Source: Strigamia acuminata
Lineage: Eukaryota
Direction of reading: 5' to 3'
Length of the DNA stretch: 64,000 nt
NCBI GenBank assembly: GCA_949358305.1
Contig: OX442314.1
Location: 13,764,001 to 13,828,000, forward strand
Shown here: piece after piece, positions 45,201 to 58,000 of the stretch
How the letters are laid out: every line of letters starts with the position of its first letter
Numbering within the stretch: position 1 is the first letter of the stretch
Translations under genes and position numbers: made by a program
The notes under the pieces: model-generated
The model's database searches: none
What the model was told of the DNA's origin: nothing
Seen by the model: only the letters and a program-made list of their open reading frames with translations

Positions 45201-48200
45201 AATCCGGCGGCGCAAACGTTATTCCTCCCCAATACCTATCGTGCCTCGACGACGGTAAGCAATACACAAACACAAATTGCGAATCAACTGCGCACGATTG
45301 CCCATCCATTCCAACTCGCTGCGGACACTCGTTTAAAAACTTCTCTTTCCCCGAACAGATCGACGGAGTTGTCCACGACTGAATCCTGTTAACAGACTTT
45401 TCCTCCAGATCATATCTACGCCCAAACTTCAAAAATGGCCGCGTCGGGTCATAATTCATTTGATTGCAAACGACTTGCGCATTAGCTTCGGTGAAAGCCG
45501 AATCACAGACCGGAACCCACTGACTTAAAGTCTGGTTAAAGACTTCTAAAAATCCTTTTTGAGTATCGAATCCTTTTTGAGTATCGTCGCATCTCCCGTC
45601 GAAACAAAGCCTCAGTTGTTGCGTTTTCGCAGTTCCGTTGTTTTGATTCGGCTCGGATCGTTTGGCTCGTGGCGCCGCCGGTCGGAATATAACCATCTCG
45701 TCGGCATTTCCGCGCGCCACTAAACTTCCCAAAACCACAATCCCAACCCCAGGATGAAAACTAATTTCCACACCCGGCTCGATCGTGAGGGTTGTGTGCG
45801 GCATCACGATCAAATCCGAGGTGACGGTGTACGGTGTTCCTTTACTCTTCAACGTTTCGGAGGCGTAAAGACGGCCGCCCATGTTGTTGTACAGGATTGT
45901 CAGTGGTACTTTGTCGTGGGACAGCACTTCCGGACTGAGGGCAGCTTCCTTGAAGAATGGAATGTACTCGACTGCGGCGTAAGTACTCGAATCGTCGAAA
46001 TCTAAAATTCTGTTTGAAATGGCGGACACGTCGCGGGTGCCCCACCAATTCTCCTTCGCATTCATCGTGTTCTTCAACGAGTTCACTTTGATGCCGCAAA
46101 CAAAATCGTAGTCGAGGTTATTGGGTCCTAAGAAATTGTTAGTCACGTTGATAAATTGCAGTCCAAACACGCCCATACTGTAGGAATAATCCCTGAAGTC
46201 GTTGCCTCGTGATTTGCCGCTGCCGGTGTTGTTGACGACGAAATTGTTTTTAAAATTTGCTTCAACTTTGTTGAATAATTTAGTGTGGCTGTTGATGTCG
46301 AATGTTATTACACGTTGTGCGGTGTTATTTCTGAAAACGTTTCTCGACAACCACATTTCTTTTTCCACACCGCCGATGACGATTAAATCGCTCGGACAGT
46401 TGTTTTCGGTGAACCAATTTTGCACCATTGTAAATTTGGCGAAATAGCCGTCGACGATGAAAGCAAAGTTTCTATTTTTTGTAAAAACACTTTCTTTGAT
46501 GTAAATGTCCGGATGTACGGGCTCGGTTGAATTCCAAACGTAGGGTAGAGTGATATTAAGGACCGTGCCCTCGTTCAAGTCCAAACGGCTGCGGACTATG
46601 CGCCAATTGATCAACTGCTTCGAGTTGAGTAAATCTTCCGCTTTTTCAATGATGCCTAGTTTGTTGTCCATTATAAAAGAACTTTCCATGATGTACGAGG
46701 TATTCACTACCATATCGTGATTAGAATCAGTAAACACTGAATTTACATCCAAAGCAGCACCCTTTTGGTATTGTAGTCTCGTCTCAAATATGTTGACAGA
46801 CTGGTTAACTACGCGTGCGTTCCAATTGTCTTCCAAATCCATAGAATTATCGTGGTGAATCACTTTGATTCCGTCAAAATTCCCGTTCACTGCACTCTTC
46901 TCGATCATCAGCTCTGGATTAGTGGCCGAATAAACCTTCTGCTCGTTATCTAAAAATTAATAAAACCTATTTAATACCGTGTGTCAATTTTTTTTTAAAA
47001 ATACCACTTTACGTACTTTCCAGCGCCGTGATGTACAAAACGGCACCGCCGAGCGACCTCGCTCCAAAATTACAAATAATGGCCAATTTTGAAAACGGTG
47101 CAATGGCGGGGAACTTGGCCGTGTCTTCCGTGGACGTCCAAAACGTGTCCGTCGAGTCTGCATCTGCAATCTGCAGAATTTCCGTGCTGTTTGTCGAAAT
47201 GGGATTCAAAATCTGAATTCCAAACACATCGCCTGCATTTGTCCTAAACCGAACCCTATTTTCGCCGTCGTTTGCCATTCGTTCAGTGATAACAAAAATA
47301 CTTTTTCCTCTTTTGATATCAATAACTGATGGGTGTGACTTGGCCATTGAAACGACAAACTGCCTTATCTTCTGATCAGTTGCGACCCAAGATGACAACT
47401 CCTGCCTCATTGAACGCGATATAAACGAATCAAAGTGAATACCGCTCATCGTGTTGTTCGCAATCGTTAAATTGTACGCGCGCAGTCCAGGCGTGCGAGT
47501 AAAGATGCCGTGGCCGTAGTTGGAAGTGACGGCGCTGTTCCAAATTTTCAACTTCTCGAGATTGTAAAAATAATCGTTGAAAACGACCGCAATGCCGGAA
47601 TGAAGATTATTGCGTATTAAGAGTTCCCATAAATTATGATGCATAAAATCCACCTGCAGAGCGCTGTACTGTAAATCCGTGTGGTAGTCGTGGAATCCAG
47701 CCTTTTCGATGGTCGCGTATTCCACAACGCTTTCGTCGGCCGCCAACCCGAACCTCAAACCCGCCCAAGTCGGTTCGTAGCACCTGACATGGACGTCGTC
47801 GTCGTGCGTGCACGTATTTTCAATGTCAAACTCCGTGTCGTATTCGCACCGACTGATATTTGTTTCGAGAAAATGGCAGCGAATATTGCTGGCCACGATT
47901 TCCGAATACACCGCGCGTACATTTCTAGGTTTAACTTGCCAATCGTTGTGGTTAAATTCCAATCCCATCTGATGACAAACCAATGCAGCGACTTCTTTAG
48001 TCCATCCGTGGTTACAAACCGTGCCCCATTTTCCTTTAACAAGAATTTCAAGGCGACCTTCGTGCACGAAATTCGTTCTATCCTCGCTGATGCTGATCAA
48101 ACGAGCTGCATTAGTAACTAGTAAAACTTTCTCCGAATTAGACGTGAACAACACACTCTCGTGGTCTTTCTTGCCGCCCCCGATGTTCACTTTTCCTTGC

Positions 48201-49513
48201 ACCATCATTCCGATTCCGGGATCAAAATGCAGTTGCACGTTCGAACCTATCGTCAATTGGGCTTGCGGTTTCACATAGATGTCTCTCTTCACTTTATACG
48301 TGCCTTCGGGTAGCCGTTCTCTGCCGGAAATATGGCCGCCAATTTCGTTCGATCCGGGACTGTAAAACGCATCTATGTAAGATTCGCTCGGGTCGGAAAT
48401 AAAAGTGGTCTCTAAATCGCTCGATACTCTGAGGTAGGGCTTAAATTTGACGCACGATAAGTGGTATCGATGTTTACAGTCGAACACACGTTGATAAATC
48501 TTTCGCAAGTCAGTGGTTCCGTACGAATTGTAAGAACAGTTCAATGAAATATACGGGCCGACCACTCGCGACGCAATTTCGTACTTGGAGCGCATGTTTA
48601 GCAACAGGTTGCGGTACACGTCGACGCCGGGCGAAGCTACGATGACCGCTGCTGCCACGTTGCTTCTAGAATTGACCGACGGGAAACGATCGGCGACACT
48701 ATTGTCGTCTAAATAGTTGTGAGTAAACAACAACGAATGATTTGCAGCGTGCGGAACATCGAGTAAAGCGACAAATTGGCCGCTGTTCCTTTCGAACATG
48801 TTCTCCGCAACCATTATCGCAACTCTCGAGTTCTTCAAATTGATATTTGCATGTTTATCGAATACGAGACACTCGCCCTTGTTCTCCCGGAACTGGTTGT
48901 GTCCGACCAGAAGTTTCGTAGCTGGAAGTGACTCGATTTCCACAGACACGTGATTGTTGGAGAAGAATACGTTGTTGGTGATGTAAACTTCTTTTCCCTG
49001 GTCATAGTTTTCATCATTATCACTGCTGCTAGATTCTATTTTCAACGCGATGTTAGGACAGTGTCGCAACATGTTCATTGTGACATTGACGAAATCTTGA
49101 GGTCCAATTTTCAAGCCAATTTGTTTGTTCCTCGCTACAATTGAACTTGCAACCAATGTTCTACTTTGGTACAAATCATCCCCACTGGTTTCTTCCATGT
49201 TGACCGAAAGTCCATTTTCGTCATTTGATGTTATTTCTGCGAGCGTCACGTTCACGCGTCCTTTAGCTAGTTTTATGTTTATCCCGTCTCCTAAATTGTT
49301 GCTAATGGTGGATTCGCTTATATTCACGTCTCCCGATCCACCATTTATGAATATTCCGCTTAAGTAGTGATTTTGCTTCACTATTGATGCACCTATTTGA
49401 ACAAAACTTCTCATGTTCTCAACGTAAACTCCGACACCGCCGTTATGCTCCACTGTGCTTTTAGTCACTGTCAAATCACTAACTTTGGCTTTAAAAAAAA
49501 AATTAAAAAAAAA

Positions 49514-49544
<31 letters not shown>

Positions 49545-51411
49545 CTGTTTAAATAATAAGTCTTACTGAAAGCAACTTCAACTTGAATCAACACTTGGCA
49601 ATTAGCCGACACCAACATTTCGATATTAATACGAATAAACGATCCTGTCGAAGCTACACTGTGCGGTCTTGTGTTATTGTGTATTTTAAATTGCATCAAT
49701 AGAGGACTCGTTTCTCTCTGTCCATCTCGAATAGTCACTATGCCCGAATCATTAACTGAACTCTCTATTTTTAAGAAATGAATTGTGAATATTTTCTTAT
49801 TTTCGGTTTGAAACTCCTGTATAAATTAAAAAAAAAAATAAAATAAAATAAAATAAAAAATAAATAAAAAACAGTGAAAAGGAAAATAAAAATGTAATTA
49901 GAATCTGCGTAAATCAACTTACCCTGTAACACGATATTGGGTGAAAATTTACTGCCTGTTGAAACAGAAAATGCGTTGGATACTGTTGGGCAAAACCTAT
50001 GTCTGGCGACGTACAAAAATCGGGCGATTTTCCTAAAAAATCCCCTTCATTAAAATAAGCGTAATAAATTCCGTGTCCGTCGTTTTCAGTCACTTCGGTG
50101 TTTTCAACGAGAACCGATCCAACCGAAGTGTTAACAAAAACTCCGTGACCTGCAAATCATCGAATGCTTATCGTGTTAATTACAATGCAACCGTACGAAA
50201 TTTACCTTTATTTTCTGATATAATACTGTCCACAATTTCTACGGGTGATGTGCATTCAGATATGTTAATTGCGTTGTATTTGGACGCCCGAATAGTGATA
50301 TTTAGCATTCGTGGAGCAACTCCCACAATCTGCAGTGCAGATGATAATTCTCCGACTCTGTTGTTCCCAGCATTTAGTATGTCAATGTACTCTAATATCG
50401 AATCAGAAACAATTTTTTTCCTTCCTAAATCGTGATCAGTTGCTTCGGAGGATTTGGCATTATCGAACGTAATTCCCCGCCAATTATTCTGATTCGGTTG
50501 GTTGGTGTTCGATAGAGGATGACAACGAATGCCGATAAAAGAATAGAAATCTAAAAAATATATAAAAATATAAAAATCTATTTCTACAAAATTAATTTAC
50601 ACTTTCTTACCGCAAACTCCTTTGCCCAATCTTCGTCTATCCCACCTGCATTCCTTCAAACTCGTTTCATTTCCTTCACAGCCCGGTGAAATCAATTCCA
50701 CCGACGGAACATTTGAATCAACGTGATCAAACCACTGATAAAATTCACCCGACGTAAGCCCCAGACTTCGACAAGTCGCATTATAATCCGCTTCCGTCCA
50801 ACTACATTTAAAAAAAAAAATTAAATTGTAACTGCAATTAAATTTTTAAAACCAAAACACTTACTTTAACGATGTGCAAACACTCCGCCACTTATGATTA
50901 TGAAACACCTGTAGTTTCCCTTCATGGATAGACGATCCGCCAACTAGACGTATATCCTTGCCATTAAACTCAGCTTTATCGAAAATTTTTCCCTTTAGTC
51001 GCACAAATTGAATTCGATTGTGGGCAGTTCCCTAGAAACAAAAAACAATAATAATAAAAAAATAAAAAAAAATAAAAAAAATACTAAATTTAAAGGCGAA
51101 ATAGCAAAATATCGATTCAAACATTCTCCATCACACTCGCGCATCGATATAACTGATATTACCTGAGCTCTTATCGTTCCTTTGACCGTTATCCCAACAC
51201 CCGGGTGAAAATACACGACAACTCCAGGTTCGACGACCAAATTTCCATCTTCCGTGACGAGCACATCTCGTTTTGCGACGTACGGCGATTTGTCTCGCTT
51301 CCACACTTCGTTCCTATCCACGTATCCAGCGATTTCAATAATTGACACAACGGGAGGAATAATCAACGCCGCAAACACAATAAACGACACCACACCGTTC
51401 CACCTGGCCAT
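42250..51411 (-). CDS. bark: Protein bark beetle/anakonda-like: large type I membrane protein with signal peptide, three SRCR domains, CUB-like domains, PbH1 beta-helix repeats, C-type lectin-like domain, TM helix and cytoplasmic tail
   Basis: Signal peptide MARWNGVVSFIVFAALII. Repeated SPY-V--D--V-----L-IEPGV---F-PG-G--V-G modules each precede an SRCR (IRLVGG..EGKLQV..WRSVC; EGRLEI..WGTVC; GFLEV..WVPVC). Asn-rich beta-helix repeats, lectin-like CLPGWERIGGACHHYF and TM LGIIIGGVVGAFVILLIIILLCI. Long exons at ~47010-49490 and ~44970-46950. Confidence 0.88.
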
Positions 51412-51786
51412 GATCTTTGCTGTGACTCACGTTCCTCGCGAAGGACTTTGAACCATGTCGCCAAAGGTGCATACAATTTATCGCCGCACTCCCGCCTCGC
51501 TCCCACCTGCAGTATCGGTTCCGGATTTATCTTGGCGCACTTTCCCGCCTAAATTTCTGACGTATACAGGTGTGCACGAGGTGAATCAAGCAGAAGAAAT
51601 GATCCCACTGCCTGCAGGCGCATTCCAGCTCGCGTTGCGTAGCAACCGTATGAACGCTTTGCTGACCTATTTTCTGTCGCACACACGCGTTTTATTATTA
51701 TAGTACATTCTGGTTGTCTTGGAAACCGGTTTTAAAGACAACCTGGAGGGCCTTCTCGATTTCCCTCTTGTCACATTCGCTTTAAG

Positions 51787-53856
51787 TTATTTGCTTGTCG
51801 GTGTCTTACATGAAATTGGCTGAAATAGAATATTAAGAGAGAAAAATATGGCGCATAAAAAAAGGTGAGATTCTTTGGATTGGCAAAGAGGAAATCAAAT
51901 GTTCCGTGATGTGGCCACACCCTTTATGTTTAAAGCGATATCTCATCACCACCCAACACTTTGAATCGATTTTTCAGATCGTGTTGAATATTTAAACACA
52001 AAGTCCATGGATTTACCACATAATTGCTGCTCTTTATGTTTAAATTGTTCTCTTGTTTTGTTATTTTTATTTTTTTTATTTATTTAAAAAATTGGATTAT
52101 TTTTACCTTGCCGCAGTAAGGACAGTCGCCGAAAATCACATTAAAGCTCAACCGACTCGATGGCAGCACTTTTAGCCACTAGAAAACGACAAAGTGCGAG
52201 TAATTTAATCGATTTTGTGGTCGACATTAATGGGTTGATGGGTTTATTTTATTTCTCTTACTTCGTAGAGGCAAGCAGAGTGAAATGGTTGCCTACATCT
52301 ACTGTCATCGCAAATTTTGTCCGGTGTACTGTCGTCGAGATGGTAGGAATAACAAATGGCACAAGCAACAACAAAATCCTATTACAAAAATGCAAAAAAA
52401 CAAGTATTACATGATGAAAGAAGCAGAATACATCTATTTTTACCTCCTTTTTAGTGAGTTCTCGAGAAGGAAAAGTAATTTCGAGCACATTTTGAATGTT
52501 CTCCAAGAGATTGCTGTTGAAATCCCTGATTGAAATTGAAAAAACGGTTTAAATAAAAATAATGAAAAACAATTTGCAGGAATAATGACCATTTATTTAA
52601 ATTGGAGTTGAAGCGGTCACGAAGGGGGATTATTGATTGATCAGACCCCAGAAATGAACATTCAGGAATGGCAAAACAGTTGTGTGGGTCAACTTGTATT
52701 TGAATAGATGCGCTGGTATCTGAAACAATACAAACAGATTAGTTTTATTTATTTTTACTCAGTAAAATTAATCAGTGCGACTCACTGATGGCTAAACGAC
52801 GATTGGTGTCTTTCCTCATTGGTTTTTCCGGTTCCAAAATCCACGCATTGCTGTCTAGTTCGTCCATTATGTACCAGAATTGTTGGAATGATGAAATGTA
52901 TTTACAAAATTGTTGGTGGATATGATTCAAGCAGCAGGACTGTGATAATAAAAATTATTTACAAATAAAATTAACTTTGTTTTCAAAATGTGTTGCTAAT
53001 TAACCGTGTTCCATGGCAGAGCAAATTGTACAGGCAAATCAGTGGTAAAAGTTGGAGCGTCGTTTGGATACTTGAAATAAAAGATTGGGAATAAGAAATG
53101 TATTTGTGTTAGGTATATTTTTGTTACATTTTCTGGTATTTCCATTGTAATTTCATGTTCGCGGCCACAATTGTCCACTTCACGGATCTTTAATAGGTCT
53201 AAATTTTCATTTACGTAGGAAAGGCTGAAATTAAATAATTTGATTAAAACTTTATTATAAAAAAATTGTGAATTACTTAGTCCATCCAAAATCTTCAATA
53301 TCTTTTAATAACTGAAGTGAGTAGGAGTGCATGAACTGATTTCTTGTTTTTGTTTGCTTGCACTTAACTTCCTATAAAATTTTAAATAAAATAATTAAAT
53401 TTTTTATTATTTCATTAATATCTAAAATATTTATACCAAAATATTTTGTAGCTCCACCAAAAAGGCTTTCAAATCAGAACACTGGCTCAATCTCTACAAG
53501 TTTATTAGCACTTAATAAACACAATTAAAAGTTATAACAAAATATACTAAACCTGTTTAATAACATTGGTATTTCCACACAATAAATACTGCAATTTCCA
53601 ATGGCCACGTATTCTTGCATTCCCCACATCACCGTCAGGAGGCAACTCGACAGAAACTTGAATATCCTCTTTCTATAAAAATAAATAAATCGTTTTACAC
53701 GCCATATTTATCTTTGTCATTTGTTTAACTTACTCCCACCGAGATAAATCCGTCAAATGCGCTGAAGTCTGAATTTCGAGGAATTAATAGAGGGAATAAT
53801 AAATTAATTTCCACTCCCAGTTCTGCAGCTGTTTTCGTTCCTGTTACTGTATTCAT
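51787..53856 (-). CDS. FANCL: E3 ubiquitin ligase FANCL; ~11 exons
   Basis: FPLLIPRN..FDGFISV..YPNDAP..DLP..MDELDSNAWILEPEKP..RRLAI..VDP..PECSFLGSD..ENIQNVLEITFP, then RING CAICYSY..CDDSRCRQPFHSACLYEWL..FNVIFGDCPYCGK. Last exon 51819-51787 PISCKTPTSK*. Confidence 0.95.
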
Positions 53857-53859
53857 GTT

Positions 53860-54420
53860 TGTTGTTTTTCTTTTAACAGTTTGTATAAATGTGCCTCACT
53901 AACACTTCGTGGGCTTATTTCACAACTTTTTTCCCAAAAAAACGAATAAAAGTGCACTGCCGATATGTGTGCCAGCCTCCCTGCTGGATTTCTTTATTCA
54001 ATCATTCTACCGAATCGAGTATAAACGGTTTTTCCTGGGATTTTCCGCCACTTCCGCCATGTGCGGGAATATCGAAAACCAGGTCCAACCCACATTCTTT
54101 GTTTAGTGAAGTCACCGCGAGAAGTCTCTTCTAAGCAGCTATTAAATAATGAGTTAAACAGCGTGCATTCCGTATGTGTTATCAAAACAATTATGATTCA
54201 GATGTTTTTTGACCTCCACGTTGCCGAATCTTTCCCAGGCCATCTACTAAGGATAAATTTTCGTGACTAGTCCGACACGGCTTGTTGGATTGCAAGTTAT
54301 TTTCGTACCTTGCGTGCGAACCTCGTTCGAGCGACCGAATAGTGGAAGCAGACTGAGAAAAAAATTTTAAAAAACGACGGATAATAATTGAAGTGAATTG
54401 AACTGACCGAGGTCCTCCAA
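53860..54420. promoter_or_regulatory. Probable bidirectional promoter FANCL / RhoGEF
   Basis: Head-to-head genes. Overlapping ETS and YY1-like motif CACTTCCGCCATGT at ~54049-54062. Confidence 0.45.
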
Positions 54421-55090
54421 GCGCTCTGTTAACACACAGGAGTTGACTGAGACTGAGGTTTGTAATTTTTAGGCTGGTTTGTGTTATGATTATCAGTTTT
54501 TAATCTTAAAAAATGTATAATTTTATTTTAAGTCATAATCAATGAATGAATGAGTGAGGAGTTTGTTTATTTTTAGTGTCCATTTCAGCTGGGCATTTAA
54601 TCAATATTGTTTTTGTCCAGGTTTTATGAGTGCATCGAATGGGAAAAATAGAGCAGTAACAACATCACAAACTACGATTGATTTATTCATAGTGTACATC
54701 ACATTTTGTATTCAAATCGGAAACAATGGATTCATGTTTGAGTGCGGTAGAGGAAGGTAAATATTTGCAGTTGTATAGAATTTAAATTTAAATTTTTTTT
54801 ATTTTATTTTTTTTATTTTTTATTTTTTTGGTTAAAGTTGGGTTCACTTTGGAATTTTTCTTCGCGATAGCCTATAAGGGTATTGTTGTGTAAATCAGTT
54901 ATCGCGGAAGATTAAAGACTTAACCCCAACTGGCCTAATTTTTACCAAAAAATAGCTCGGTCATGTTTCCCGTGGGAAGAGAATTTAAAAATGAAAAAAA
55001 TAAAATTTTTTTGAAAAAATATTTTTCGAAGTTTTTGGGTTTTTATTTATTTTTTTTTTTGTTGATGTAGATTTTGAGAGCCATAATAAG

Positions 55091-58000
55091 ATGCAACTTC
55101 TGCACCAAATAGTCGAGGTACGGTTTTCGATGTTTTTTCTATTTATATAGTGTTAAATTTGAAACCTATTACATATTATTCGTTGTTATTGTGGATTCAA
55201 TTTCTGTTCAAGTTTTGTGGGATTATTACTTTCAGCAAAGTTTCATCTTGCAAAGACAAAAAACAAACATGAAAAAGAATTAAAGGATGTGCTTGAGGTG
55301 TTTTATCCAGTCAGCGACCTTCACAAGTGCAATAAAAAAAATAAAACTACTTTTTTAAATAATGAATTAGACTGGAAATAACAAGTTTTTATATCATTGC
55401 GAAAGTTAAACCAGCGATTTATTATAGTTTTAGTTGTAATTTAATTCATAAACAATGCCGCTTTTGTTTTATTAGATTTCTAAGGGAAGTGAAAGTAATT
55501 TCTTACAATTCGTAATTTTTTTTTTATTATCTTAGTTACAGACAGCTGTGAATGAAATGAAGACTGCTTTTACTGGAGCGATGAAACAACTTGGAAGTAT
55601 TCAATATGATGATCAGAGTCTTCATGAAAAAATAAACCAAATGAAATCTGAATACCAGGATCAAATAGCGGAAGTTATTAAATTAATGCTTTCATTAAAA
55701 GTAAGAAAAAATGTAGAGGTTTTATTAATTTTAAGAATTTATGAATTTTATTGTATTTTTAAAAGTCGAATTTTTCTGGCGTTAACGACCAAGTGCAACA
55801 AATTCAACACCAGCAACAAACTTATCAATTGCAAATTCAAACCGTTTTTTCAAAACAAAATTTACTGCTTTCTGAATTATGCAGAAGTGGAATTATATCA
55901 GAAAACACGAAGCAAGTTTTTTTCGATTTTATTTTATTATTTTAATTTTTTTTAAAATATTAAATAGTAATAATTAATTAATTTGTAGGCAGCAATTGAC
56001 CTGCGCTCATTCCCCCATTGAAAGAACATCCAGTGGGTGCCATTCCAGTGATTCAGGAGTTGCAATGCTTTTAGAAAAAGCCCAAACGGCCTTCCAGTCA
56101 TTATCACCCAGTGATCAGGATGTTGCCTTCGAAACGTCTCCTACGACCGCAACTACTTACGCTTCTGATTTCCTTTGTGGTCAATATAAAAATTAAAAGT
56201 TTTTTCTGCGTATTGAAATTTATTGTTACTTGTAATCAGCAGATTCACAAGCAAACGAATACGATTCCGATTCATCGTTAGTGATGGCTGCCAATAAAAG
56301 CTTAAGTTTGAGCACATCTTTGGCTAAACAGTGTGGATTGGAATTGGATAATTTTGATTCTTCTAGTGAAGATGAGGAATATTTGATGGAGGATGTCGAC
56401 ACCGACTTAGCTAAAAAGGTAAATGGTTTCTAGTGTTGTAAACTTATTATTATAAAGTAATTTTAATTTTTAGTTATCGAAACTGCCAACTACGTCCAAC
56501 GAAAATGTCTGTTGTCGAACCAATCCGTGTCGAGATAGATCTAAATTATTGAAAGCTAGAGAGTTCCATGACAGTATGTTATTTGAATACAATGGATTTT
56601 TGCATAATCAATAATTTTATTTGTAAATATCAGGTCAAAGACTTCAGGTAATAGTGGATTTGTTGGAGTCTGAGAAAAAATATTGTAAAACATTGTCAAC
56701 GCTTCAAGATACTTTTGCACAGCCATTAAAACAAAAAAATATTGTCAGTTTAAAGGATATAAAGTAGATTTTTTAAAAATAAAAAAAAATAAAATAAATA
56801 AATAAATAATTTTTTTTTTAATTTTAGCACAATGTTTCCTGAAGACATATCGCACATATACGAAAAACATTGTATTTTATTGCACAAATTGGAAGACAGG
56901 CATCAAAGTTGGAAGTGGAATGATACAGTTGCGGATGTGATGGTTCGATTTATAAATCCTGAGGAGGCAAGCTATATATTTACACATTTTAATAGATAAT
57001 AAAATAATTTGACGTTTTTTGTTTTTATTTAATAGACTGACATCTTGAGGTGGTATACCAGTTATGTCAATGATTTTCCTGAAGTGTTAAAAACATTCCA
57101 TAAATTGTGTAGACACTCGAGCGCATTTACGAAATTTTTGAAGGTCGATATTTTAATATCAAAGTATTTATTTTTTTTCAGAGAAATTTATTTTTTATGT
57201 TTTTATAGTCTTGTCTTCAGCAGCCCAATTGCAAAAATTACGATTTGGGAAATTTTCTTTTGGCACCATTGCAACGAATTCCAAATTACGTTCTTCTTTT
57301 GAAGGTGTTGTCCAATTTATTGACGTCTAGATAATTTAATTTAAATATTTAATTTATTTTTCAGCGTTTGCAATCACATACTGATTCCAATCATTCCGAT
57401 TCAAAATTGTTAAGTCATGTTTTGAATCGTCTAGAAGAGTTTCTCTCTCGTCTGAACGATTCGATGGAGCATTCGTTTCAATTGGTTACTGCTCAAATTA
57501 ATCACCAAACTGAAATAGAAAATTCAGTGTAAGTTAATTTGGATTTAAAATTAAATTGATCAAATTATAGACGATAAAAAATTAATTTATTTACAGCAGA
57601 CAAATGGAAATGGAAATGCTGAAACAAAATGAATCGGCTGATGATATCCCAGTTGAGATTTCAGGCAGTGAAGTTGAATGCAGTAAATCTTGCGTAATGA
57701 AATCTCCAGCTGCAAGGTCAAAGTGGGTAACTCAAGGATGCTCAAAAACTGAAGACGAGTTTGCATCATCAAACTCGAATTCAGGTTTCCATTACTGCTC
57801 CGCCTCCGAATGCAAACCCCAACCGAAGTTTACTAAGTTTGCGAGCGCCGCTAATTTGCAGTCGACTTGCTCTTGGTGCGTGGGACATACAAATTTGAAA
57901 AATCAACGCTACATGAGTGACGATATGACCGACGGATGCTGGCAGCGACAAGACGCGGAGTTTAATAATTTAGACAAACGTGGGGGCGCGAACATTAAAC

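Noticed and set aside
49490..49566. Poly-Asn/Phe stretch in the 909-aa ORF
   Set aside because: It is a stop-free GT-AG intron read through by the ORF caller, not protein.
44019..50435. Many plus-strand ORFs opposite bark
   Set aside because: Antisense shadows of long coding exons.
51946..52030. Alternative FANCL last exon (QLCGKSMDF...)
   Set aside because: Weak acceptor; 51819-51787 has a better acceptor and fits the expected FANCL terminus.
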